Source: Sphaerodactylus townsendi (Eukaryota). Taken from it: a DNA stretch of 64,000 bases. Below the pieces are notes generated by a model. It was not told the origin of the DNA and searched no databases. It saw nothing but the letters and a program-made list of their open reading frames with translations. This document shows positions 26,004 through 37,856 of this stretch, piece after piece; within the stretch, counting starts at the first letter, position 1, and each line of letters opens with the position of its first letter. The stretch lies in assembly GCF_021028975.2 (NCBI RefSeq), contig NC_059434.1:61008001-61072000 (forward strand), read 5' to 3'. The position numbers were made by a program, and so were the translations under genes.

Positions 26004-27202
26004 CTAATAATAAAATCCAGGGAAACACAATGATGATTGCATATGTAAAAATTAATTGGAGAGTCAACAGCTTAGTGAACATGGTGATAACCAAGATTAA
26101 TTAATATGTAAAGCATCATTCCTTGATTGTGAGACCATTGATGAGAAGGCAATATTAGCACAAGCCAAGGAACAAACACAGATGACAAAACTTCTTTAGC
26201 TGCATCGAAACAGTGTGTAAAAACTAAAATTAGAAATTGGAGAGGTTGGACTGTCATGTGTTTTTTACCAGTATAAATGCTACGATTTAAAAGCCTATGT
26301 AAAAACATCATGACTGATCCATTAGAAAAATAACTTCTCCTGGCGAGAATGTGAGTTTATGTGTCAAAACCCATAAATTGAGAACACTATAAGCATCCAT
26401 TTATCTTAAATCAGGACCTTCTAGAATTATTGAAGTTCATCATGGCATTTATCTTGTCGATTTAAATCTAGCTAGACGTCACAAATGCTGGGATGAGACT
26501 TTGCTCATATTAAATTCACTCAGGAATGTGTTTTGCTTTTACTAAGCACCTGCTTATTCAGATCACCTGTCCCTGTATTTGGTCCATTAATTCGAAAGAA
26601 CTAAAAATTCTGAAAAATGTTAACACCTTTCCCCCTCCTTTAAAGCATTCACGTGATGAAGCTGAAGAAAACGGAAACATTCATTTGAATGAAGAAGCAA
26701 AAAAATCTGTTATGTGCTCTCAACTCAGAAATACCTAAAAAATTATTTGCTCTAAACCCTACCATTGTACAAAAATAAAGACACCAAACATGCAGTGAAA
26801 TTCAGTTGTATTTCATGTGTTCATAATTTATTTGGAGTTCGCTTCTAATGCTATTCTAGGAATTTGGGGTCAGGGAAGGGAGAGGGAGTCACTGTCTCAT
26901 TTCACGGAACTGTGAGGCAGACTAATAGTGCCATCCAAAGACACACATTTTAAAGCTGATTGAAGTCTATGTGCTTAGAAGGAGGTAACTACACTTAGGG
27001 TGGCATTGCAAGCAGGGCAGCAGGGACTTGGTTATTGTTCTTAATTCTTTTTCAAAAATGAGGGGAAATAATGGACCGTACCATTATAAATTAAAGGGGA
27101 AATATTATGTTTTTTTAACATTCCCCTACATTAATAATTCTTGAAAATGGAAAAAACCCTAATACACAGCAAGTGAAGTACTACACTACAGTTTTTCTCT
27201 TT

Positions 27203-27332
27203 GGCTCATTCCGCACATGCAGAATAATGCACTTTCAAACTGCTTTCAATGCTCTTTGAAGCTGTGCGGAATGGCAAAATCCACTTGCAAACAGTTGTGA
27301 AAACGCATTATTTTGCGTGTGCGGAAGGGGCC
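27203..27332. mobile_element. MITE copy 2 (11-bp internal deletion), TSD TTT
   Basis: Nearly identical to 24692-24832. Confidence 0.85.
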
Positions 27333-27479
27333 TTTGATATTCTAATTTTATATCTGCAGGAGGTTCTCACAAGAGGGAGCATTAAAAACGTGTCATGCAG
27401 CCTGAAGTGCTACATACCAGTTTACCGCCCTAGAATTATATCACCAAGTTGTACTCCATGTCTAGAATAGGCATTAGAA

Positions 27480-28040
27480 ATTTCAAAAGGGGTCTGGACA
27501 AATTCATCAAAGTCTTCAGTCATTATTAGCTATGATTCCTAGATAGGATCTCCATGTTTGGAGGTACTATTCTACTAAAAACAGATTCTGGAAACATAAG
27601 AACATGAGAAGAACCCTGCCATATTAGATGTACAGTCAAGCTGGGTTTGGCATCCTAATTCACACAGTGGCCAAATAGCTGACCTCAAGGTCCAGTAAAC
27701 AGGGTATAAAAACCAAAGCTTTCCAGATGTTTGGATAGAAGTTTCTCTTATGCAGCAGGACTACTAGCCACTGATGGAATCATCCTCCATGAAATCTAAC
27801 CCTCCCTTTAAAGCCATCTATATTTATAGTTATCAATATATCCACTAGTAGCAAATTATGCAACTTAATTACTTAATGGGTAATTAAGGTTTTTTTTCCA
27901 GTCTATATTTATTGCCCAACTAGTATTATGGAAAAGGGAGAAAAAGTTTCCTCTATCCATTTTTTCTATCCCATGACTAATTTTAGAAATTTGTATAGCC
28001 TTTTCTCCCCTTAGCTGTCTTTGATCTAGACAGAAACATC
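27480..28040. mobile_element. Old CR1 3'-end fragments in both orientations
   Basis: CR1-like 'ggggtctggacaaattcat' on the plus strand, followed by a reverse CR1 tail (acataagaacat...). Confidence 0.55.
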
Positions 28041-28136
28041 CAGGTGCTTTCCCCAGCTCTGAGTTACAAGGGGTCAAGAATGAAAATACTGCTACTTTAG
28101 AGACATATTTTTGGCACTTTGCAGTATGAACTGTAC

Positions 28137-28181
28137 CTTTTCTCCTGCACTGCCTTTCGGCCCAGCTTCTCCTGGATCACC
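28137..28181 (-). CDS. COL25A1: COL25A1 exon, GDPGEAGPKGSAGEK
   Basis: 45 nt, tttag/GGT...AAG/gtacag. Confidence 0.94.
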
Positions 28182-29333
28182 CTAAAAATTAAAATGAAGA
28201 ATAAAATATTTATAGTGTTTTTTGATTCACCAGCAACCACAATTAAAATCCATAAAAATGTATTAGAGTTTTTAAAAATTATGGGGTTTTTTTACGATAC
28301 TATAACTTTAGAGCAGAGAAAATGAAAAAGGTAATTGAACGGAGAAATTATAGACTCCAATAAACCAGGTCTATATGAATAAATGTAAAGGCTTACAGTT
28401 GTGTAAAGGCTTACAGTTGTCTAAAAAGCATGTTTCACCCATCTCTCCACACAGTAATTAAATCTACTCACAAAGATTTATAATAGAAAGAAGGTCCCAT
28501 AACTAAAGCGTTTTCATGTACAAAAGTAATAAACGAGTGACATTTTTCTTGAAAAGAATTGTGCTTACAAAAGCTAGTAGACAATCTTATCTGATACTGA
28601 CTTGAACATAAGAGCAATTTCCAGAACACACTGCTAAAATGAAGCAAATGGACCTTCAGGTTTCCACTGCAAAGCAATTTCATTCTGACCAGCAATCACA
28701 ATTGGTTTACCTGCCAGGCAGACGCTTAAGACACAGCCTATTATTGACAATTGCAACGATGGCTGCTGCCTCCTTATGCATTAATGCCTGAGAGGTCAGG
28801 TTATAGAGGGACAGGAACCAATACTGGGCCTTTTTTTTCTCAGCTGGCAACAGGACAGTTCTGGAAAGTGTACTGTCAGATCTCCTGCAAAGCAAACAGC
28901 TGCCCTAAGTTATGAGGTGTCAGATTTTCCCCAGAAAGAGATAGTATCATTTCTTAGACCAGTCCTACCATCTATCTGCTTGGGTTAATGAAATGTTTTG
29001 AGCAACCCTGACAGCAATAATAAATTACAATAGAAGAACTTAATGCAAAAGGTACTTCCCTTCTGGAAACATCTAGTAATGGCCGAAATGTAGAATTCAT
29101 AGATTTAATGTGTTATAATCTGTACATAAAACAGGGCTTGATACAGATAGTCTAGTTCCAGAACCCATGCTGTGCTGCAGTACGATTATTGGGTGCTGCT
29201 TGGTTGGTAACAGAATCCTTATCTCCAAAGCAGGTAAAAATTAGCATTAGACCGTGCTACTACTTAACATCTCCTCTGGATTGCAGCTCAAAAATGTAAT
29301 TAATATTTTCAAGAAATCATTTTCAGTGACAAA

Positions 29334-29816
29334 GGCCATTTCTGCACGGCCACGCTGCAGTGGTGCATCGGCGTAAATGACGCCGATGCACCCTGAACCG
29401 TTGCACGGACGGTCCGGTAGGAGGCGGGAGAAAACTGGCGCTGAAAGCCAGTGCAGAGCTGTTCCGTGTCGAGATGCCTTACCATCCCACTCCAACCTTC
29501 GGCATGCATAAGCCCAGAGCCAGAGGACCGCGCGCCCCCTGCCCTGTAGCGACAGCTCTGGAAGATGCGCCAGAGGGGGCGTGTCCCCTGGACTGGGCGA
29601 CGCGCCAGAAGGTTGGAGGGACACTAAGGCGTTCGGGAAAGGGGGGAATGGCTCCTTCTAGCCGCTGCCATTCGCACGGGAGTGAGGTTTGGAAACAGTG
29701 GCTGCACACCGCTCGGGGGTTGTGGGGCCGCCGCCACTGCAGCGTGCGAACCCCTCCCCAGGGACGCTGTTTTTAGCGTTCCTGGGATGCTGTATTGCAC
29801 CCGTGCGGAAACAGCC
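29334..29816. mobile_element. CpG-rich Harbinger-like MITE, TSD AAA
   Basis: TIR ggccatttctgcacgg / ccgtgcggaaacagcc; related partial copy at about 35524-35810. Confidence 0.75.
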
Positions 29817-30792
29817 AAACAAAATAAGTCTCGATGAAACAACTAGAAGGTTCCAAAAATACAGCATCAATAGCTAATCTGTGAACATTAAATGACCATG
29901 CAATATGGCTGGGGCTATGTTACAATTCTTAGCTTTCAGACCTTTATTTTTCTCGAGTTTGTGAATGGAAACCTTGACCTCAGCATTAGCTTAACTCTGT
30001 AGCACATGCTACTATAAAATGGAAAACGTTAATAAAACAATAACTTTTTGCAGTATCCGAACATTACTTCTGTTAATATTATCCTGAGGGTAGTATACTA
30101 ATATCTTGGGGCCCGTTCAAGCCGTCTCCATTTGCTCTGAAGTACAATTCTTAAGCAGTAGTATTTACACAGATTTTGTTCTCATTTCTTTGACAGATAT
30201 CTGTCCCAAAGACAAGCTGAATAACATAACCATCTGTTATTTTATGTTGAAGCCTTCTGGAGAGATAGGAATGCAGGTTTTTCGTCTTTCGTGCTTCCAT
30301 CAAAATGCAATTTCAACTCTTCTGGTTTCTGCAATGGACTACTCTCACCGACTCTCTGCAACTGACTACCCTCTTTTCAAGAATGGGCCAAGTACAAGAC
30401 ATCTGAATTGGCATTTTCTGAAGCCCCATACTCCATTATATGATAGATTATATGTTGGGCTACAGTGCTGAAGCTATATGCATGCTTTATAATGCAATCT
30501 GAAGAACGCCCGCTAAACTAGGATTGCACTATTAAGTGCCAAATTACAACAGCAAGGTTTGTTTCTTCCCTCTTTCTTTCTAAGCCTTCAGCATTTTTGT
30601 GATGAAGTATAGCGGAATTTTAAAAATTAAAATTTAAGTCTCAGATATGATCCAAGGAATGTGTAAAACTACTCTGATTGCTGCTTTAGAATATTTAAAA
30701 TCAGTTTTCAGAGTGGTGTCAAGCCCTTCTTGGTTTGCTGTTTGTTTGTTTTATTAGTTTTGATTTGTTTTTAAAGCTAGTGTTAGGCTCAC

Positions 30793-30819
30793 CCTTTCTC
30801 CACGATGTCCAGGGTCACC
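30793..30819 (-). CDS. COL25A1: COL25A1 exon, GDPGHRGER
   Basis: 27 nt, atcag/GGT...AGG/gtgagc. Confidence 0.92.
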
Positions 30820-32035
30820 CTGATTGAAAGAAACAAAAGAGGAGGGTTATTAATGCTTCCAAAGACCAGATGGCTTTGAAAATTCTGCTTATAAGAACAC
30901 CATTAAAATAATTCTAAAGAAATACACTGCAGATTTTTATTACACATTTTTTACTACACAACATCACTCTGAATAACTATGAATTTCATTAATTACAATT
31001 CAGCAATTAACCAAAAATTTTAGTGTACCATATGTAGGACCGGGATTGATGTCATGTTGCCATATTCATTGCCTACTATAGTTGGCAGACCTGAAAAAGG
31101 ATATTATGGTGGATACTATTAGTTCCAGCAACTTGGTTCTCAATGAAAAATTAATCAAAGTGGTTGCTACTGACATGCTACTATGGGTGTCGACCGTCAG
31201 AACTGCAAATATCCAGTTAACACTATGCCATACGAACATAGCTTTAATGACTGAACATACAGTTCTGTGCAACATGGACCTCTTGGCTTGGGAGCTCCTT
31301 GTAGCATAAAACACTACTAGGAGAAGGCACTGCTGTCTTTTGAAGCAGAAAGAGACATCCTTCTTTGAGCATCACATTCTTTGACAAGTGCTGTGTACAT
31401 TTTCATATATTTATTTATTAAAATATTTATATTCCACCTTTCCTCCTGGCTCAAGATGACTTACAAATCATGAAGCAATAGTACTCTGTTGCAGTATATA
31501 AATATATGGAGAAATCAAAACTATATCTTTACATCTCCTTTTGTTGACATTGTTACTGGAACTTGTATCCTTCAATACTTCATACTGGCAGGGTCAGTTC
31601 TTTAACAAACGGTCTGGTTTTTCTGACCCTGTCTTTTCTTATCTGTTTCTCTAGCCCTGTTAATGTGTTAATATGCATAGCCAATGTGTCAATATGCATA
31701 GCAGAAGAAGAAAAGGAAGACTGGCCCCATCGACCTCCTGCCCTCCCTTCCCAATTCCTTCATGACCTCAGGGTCATGGTTGGTAAGCAAATTAGGCTCT
31801 GTGCACCCGTACAACAAACGCAAGTAAGAACGATCCAGACCAGCATGCAAAGTCCTTACAAGCATTCACCCTATATACCCGATGAGGCATGAATTCAGAA
31901 ATCATTTTAGAACTGTTTGCTTGAATACTGGGTGCCTTGGGACTTGAATTTCCACCTCTGCACACTCCCTCTATTTACAGTTCTGATAATAAACATCTTA
32001 ACCTTATTTTTCAAATGTTTAAACTGAGATAATTA

Positions 32036-32514
32036 CAGTCCAATCTAGAGGGGGGGGGCAGGCGGATCCATCTCTGGAGCCAGTGCATCCCTAGGCTGGT
32101 GTGGGTCCCTGCTGTTGCAAGGGGCAAATGCACCAGTGGAGAGGCAACTTACCTGAGCAGCCAGGCATGACGCAGCTCTGCTGCACTCAACTTGGAAGCC
32201 ACTGCTTGTCTCTAGGCCTGCTGGCACAAAAAGCTCAGTGGCCAGGTGTGTTGTGGGGGCAGGCTGTGGGATGGAGATGACCTTAGTCAGCTTCCACTTT
32301 CTGCTCAGCCCCTGTGCGCTGGCAGAGCTGGGGTTGGAGATACACCATGTTTTTGGGTCGGCTATCTCCGTTATCCCCTATGAAGGATTCATGGAGGATT
32401 TTTTATATTTTTTATTTCTTTTGGACTTTCCGCACTGCAGGTAAACCCTTGAAGAGGGTGGGGCAGTGCTGGAGCATCATCAACCTGCCCGCCAGCTCAC
32501 TCTGGAGTGGGCTG
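32036..32514. mobile_element. Non-autonomous TIR element
   Basis: Left end cagtccaatctagag; reverse complement of the right end is cagcccactccagag. Confidence 0.6.
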
Positions 32515-33359
32515 TAAAAAAATCTTGGTCTGTGATTGGCGAGTGAAGCAGTCTGGCACATGACTCAGGATCCTCAGAAAGTTTGGATGACTAGCCCATT
32601 AATAAACAACTTTTCATTATTGGAACACAACTCTGACAGTTCATCTTGCACTAGCTTAGTTACTTTATCTCATTCAAATCCCGTTTGATGGCTATTGACT
32701 TCTTGGCAATCTTAAAATACACTGCTGTGGAAACTAATTAAGCATTAAGCATTATCATTTAGATTCTGAAGTGAAAAATGACAGTTCCCCAAAGGCCTAT
32801 GTTCTTTCCTGATGGACAGAGAGCAACCTAGTACTTTTAATATTTTTCCCGATTAGCAGTCAATAGCAATAGGACACACATATTCAGTTAAGAGACAGAT
32901 GTGTATCTGAGAAATATTGGCACAGCTGACTTAATCAGACAAGGTCAAGTCAAGCCATTAACTAAAATTGCGCACAGGTAGCAGAAGAATGCACAAGGCC
33001 ACTTTTCTTGGTCAAACTAAACTCCAATTTTGTTTTAGTCCTTGCAAGGTACTCCTGCCAACTTAGAGTATTATACTAATCCTCTGGTTCAAGGTGCAAA
33101 GTAGTTCTTGTATGAACAGATGTCTTATACATGTGTAAGGACACATTTTGACCCAACCCAGACAGCATATAATATAGGATAGAATAGTGAGCTGAGTCGG
33201 GTGTGGATGCTGCAGACTGGGTTCAGTTCCTTAAATTCAAATATGAAGCTCAGTAGGCAGTGTAGACTGCCATGCAAGGGTTGTTATAAGGAAACAGAGA
33301 TAAAAGACATCATTTTATATACAGAAATAGGAAAACTAATCAGAATTTTCTCCACTAAC

Positions 33360-33404
33360 CTTAAGCCCAGGAAGTCCTCTCTCTCCCATTACACCAGGTT
33401 CACC
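33360..33404 (-). CDS. COL25A1: COL25A1 exon, GEPGVMGERGLPGLK
   Basis: 45 nt, ttcag/GGT...AAG/gttagt. Confidence 0.92.
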
Positions 33405-36183
33405 CTGAAATGACATAAAGGAAAAATGATAATAGCCGATAACATGTGATAAACAAACTCAGAAAAAATTGCCACAGACCACAAGGGGCCTTTCCCCACT
33501 TCAGAAATGGTAGCTCATGTAATCCACGCCCTTTACACTCCGCTTGATCTTAATCAAGACACTGCATACAACTGCTTACAATCTTACAACTGCTGAGAAC
33601 ATGGTCAGCATCAGTATAACTGGAAATGGGGCAACTGCCAGGGCCTCTGGCAGGGCCCATTCCTGTCAACCCTCCCAACTCACTTATTTGGAGTTTTCCA
33701 CCATCTCCAGCTACACTCAGTGTCCAGGGCCACGAGGTAAACAGAGGCAGGCAGTGGTGAGCCTGGGCCATGAGAGATTCAAAAGCAAGCAGGGGAAGGG
33801 CACACAGGCAGGTGGAGGCATATGGATGGGGGAAAGGGAAAGAGGGCATGTGTGGGAAACTTGTGCCAGGTAGAAGAGAGAGGGACTGTAGGAATTCTGC
33901 CCAGGGCCTTTCAAAACCTAGAAAAGAGCTCTGGTTGGGACTGGGAGAAATGGAGCTCTCAATGCACATCTGGTTTGGCCTTGAACCAATGGAACTCACA
34001 GGTATATGTGGGTCTGACACCAAAAAGGTAGATACAATCAGCACCCACTTGTAAAATTTCAAATGTAATTTAAAGGTGCATCAACATAAAGGGTTACTCC
34101 AATTGAGGCGGCCTACAAATTTAATAAATAAATAAATTCAGCAATTCAGTATATGATCCCTGCTACCCACATAGCACCTCTGCACAGACTGTACTGATCA
34201 CCAGTTATCTCTCTGCCAAACAGGAATTCACAGGATCAGCAATGGCATAGTCACAAAGGGAAGGCTGAACCAAAACCCATTACAGTAATAAGTCTGTGGT
34301 AGAAAAAAACACATACACGCGCGCGCGGGCGCACACACACACACATCTTGTTACTGTTTGAAAGCCAACCAATTTATTGCAGTATAGTTACAGCAGCATT
34401 AGATATTTCATTACTGTAATACACAGACATGGTTTCATTAACTTTTTGCCAAAATAGGGAATTCTTTTTTTGGATTCCCTGTCCCCACCCATGCATCTGA
34501 ATTGTTTCAATGCACAATTTTAGACACAAAGTAGACATAAAGGTTACAAAAACCCAGTCACTTGTTTACATGAGAAGATCTAGTCTGAGCAAATACCAGC
34601 AAACCTTCTCATATCAAGATTGTAAAACAGACATTGCAAAGGAGCCAAGTCTTTTTTCTGTTTTACAGGAGGACCTGACGGATAGATAATATCAGGTCAA
34701 ATTATTTTTATATTCCAGCCTGTAGGTGCATAGTCAGAACAATGTCACTCTGAGCTGAATGGCGAGAACTGGAGTCCAAGATCTAGCCACAGTTGTTCAA
34801 AATTGTTTTTTGTTTTGAAAACAGCAGGAGACTCTCAATGCATTAAAAGAAAGATCATATCAAAGAAAAACATTTAGTGGAATTACAAAATAACATTTTA
34901 AACTGAGGAAGATAGGTGGTACTTTTTTTTCTACTTCATTTTACGAACTCTGCATTATTACAAGTGAATTGATCCCAGCAGACGATTTTAGCATTAAGAT
35001 GGGGGAGAAAATAAATGAGTTAAAATACTTGCTAGAATTTTCTCTAGAAAGAATGTCTCATTAGCATTTGTATTTTATCCAGAAATTTTTTAAAAATTTT
35101 AACATTAAGCACTGTGAGGAATATTCTGTAACCATTTGAGAGCATCAAAAATATAAACTACAGGAAAACTACACTATACACTATTTTAGTAAAAAATGTG
35201 ACAGGAAATGAGAGGAATTGTTAGAGTTCCCTGAAAGCACAATCTAAAAGTGACAGCATCTCTGTATATCTGCCATGGGGATGTCTCTGCCATTTTAGGG
35301 ATGAAATGTCCTCTGTTCATAAAGCCGTGGGCCTGATCTTCATCAGGACTGTGGAGGTGGATGGGTGAGGGGGAGACTTCTGTTCCTCATGCCCTGGCTC
35401 TTGAACTGAGGGAATGGTGGAGGTATCCCATTCTGGGGGCACTATCATGTCATCTTTGTATCTTTGATGCCATTACTGAATCACAGATTTTTAGACCTTG
35501 GTTATGTTTCAGTTCACCATACTGGCTGTTTCTGCATGGGCAGAAAACAGCACCCTAGGGATGGTAAAAACACCGTCCTTGGGGTGCTATTCGCACAGCT
35601 GCTGCTGCTGCATTGCAGCAGCGCCATGCCGAACCCCTCAAAACGGCACGAAAACGCTGCTTTTGAAACTCGCTTCCTGGGAAAAATGGTGGATGGGTTA
35701 ATCTAGAGACACTTTGCAGCAGGAGAATCCCAGTCTAAACAAAAAAAATTGGGAAAACCTCACTGCAAAGCAAACAGCCACAGGATAAGTGATGCATGTA
35801 TAAATGGTCTCTGCTAAAGGAATGGAAGGGAGTGAATCCTCCTCCTCTTCCTCAAGAGTCTTTAGCCTGATTCAGATGTCAAGACAAAATATATACACTC
35901 GGAAAGCATGTTTAGTTAGCGCACCAGAAGGTCTCTAGACCAGGCATGTAGCTGCTTTACAGGGGAGGTACCCGATGGGATGGGAGACATCTTTAGCCTC
36001 AACAGCATCATTTTTTAATTAGGCATGAAAATGATAGAATCCTGCAGGGGGATTTCTATATTATTGCCCTCTTCTGCTATTCCAGCTTCTGACTGTGACT
36101 AAAAGGCAAATGCTTCAAAACCACATATGCACTTGCTTCACTTTTTCAAAAAAAGAGGAAAAATCCCTCCCAATATACTATTA

Positions 36184-36781
36184 CCGTATATACTCCCGTA
36201 TAAGCTGAGTTTTCAGCCCTGTTTAAAGGCTGAGAAAAGCCCCCTCGGCTTATACGGCAGTCACCATTTTCTATCCATCACAAGGAGGCTGGGGTGGGGC
36301 CGGGACAACCTCCCTGCAGCCCGGAAGCTGCTTGTTGCTGCCCTCTGGAGGGAGAACCCCAAGGGAGAACCCCGAGGCACCCTGGCTGGCTGGGCTTGGT
36401 CAAACCCCAGAAGGCAGAGGCAGCTCCTTATTTGGGCAGTGACATCAGGGGGAGCCACTGCCCAAATAAGGAACTCCCTCTGCCTGCCAGCTGGGTTTGA
36501 CAAAGCCCAGCTAGCGGCAGGCAGAGGGAGCTCCTTATTTGGGCAGTGACATCAGGGGGAGTCACTGCCCAGATAAGGAGCTCCCTCTGCCTGCCATTAG
36601 CTGGGCTTTGTCAAACCCAGCAGGCAGAGGGAGCTCCTTATTTGGGCAGTGACTCCCCCTGATGTCACTGCCCAAATAAGGAGCTCCCTCTGCCTCCCGG
36701 CTTCCCACCCTCGGCTTATACCCGAGTCAATAAGTTTTCCCAGGTTTGGGCACTGGTCGGCTTATACACGAGTATATACGG
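36184..36781. mobile_element. Non-autonomous Tc1/mariner-type element, TA TSD
   Basis: ta|ccgtatatactcccgtataagctga...tcggcttatacacgagtatatacgg|ta. Confidence 0.85.
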
Positions 36782-37715
36782 TAGCTCAACATCTTTCAAA
36801 ACACAACAGTGCCTATGAAATGCATAGCCTTTCTTTAGCAACTGATTATATCATCCTAACCCTGAAAAGGAAAGGTCTGGCAGAACAGCTATATGTTTCA
36901 GTCACTAAAAAGTAATCCATTTTGAGACTGAGGAACTTGGGAGTTCACATATTCCTCAACTTAATCAAGCCTGATTTTACTGTAGACTATATAAACAAGT
37001 CAGGCCCCTTGGAAAGCCATTCTTTACATATGTGCTCTCCCTTGCCCCCATACTTCATTTCTTCAAAGTGTTAAGTTACTTTTCAATTTGTTTTCCATCT
37101 CCCTTCCCCACCTGCCATTGAACTTGACTTGGCCCGCTAACCAAGTGAGAAGTCTTTTCAACAATACTCAGCTGACCTACAAAATCTGTCTGAGAATTTG
37201 TGAGCTATAAGCAGTCTTTCTTTCTTTTGATTTTTACATTTAATAAACTACATTTTAAGTAGACTAATTTATACACACGCAGAGACGTTCTATTAAAAAC
37301 TAAAAGGAAGGACTGTATCGAGTGGAACAATATTTGAAAAATAAATATTCATGCACAGTCAGAAAGAAAGGGTAAAAATAAATTTGAATATCTTCACACT
37401 CCAAATCCACTGATACATTTTAACAAATGGAAATATTTTGGTGATTTATATGATTTTTACAATGCAAAAAATCATATTTCTTGAACTACATTAGCATATT
37501 TAAGAAATGTATACTCCACTTCCACGATACATAGCAGTTTGCAAAAATAGTTAAATTCAACATGCATAAAACATCAGTTTTAAAAGAAATAAACATTTTG
37601 CTGCAAGGGAAATTTGTGGCAACGTTTGTTAACACTTTGAAGAAATGAAGTATGGGGGCAAGGGGGAGCACATATGTAAAGAATGGCTTTCCAAGGGGCC
37701 TGACTTGTTTATATA

Positions 37716-37856
37716 GGCTCATTCCACACATGCAGAATAATGCACTTTCAAACTGCTTTCAATGCTCTTTGAAGCTGTGCGGAATGGCAAAATCCACTTG
37801 CAAACAGTTGTGAAAGTGGTTTGAAAACGCATTATTTTGCATGTGCGGAAGGGGCC
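37716..37856. mobile_element. MITE copy 3, TSD ATA
   Basis: Nearly identical to 24692-24832; the empty site is visible in the inverted copy at 36975-37074. Confidence 0.9.

Noticed and set aside
31640-32030. Possible old LTR (TATA-like and AATAAA motifs)
   Set aside because: No convincing TG...CA termini with a TSD.
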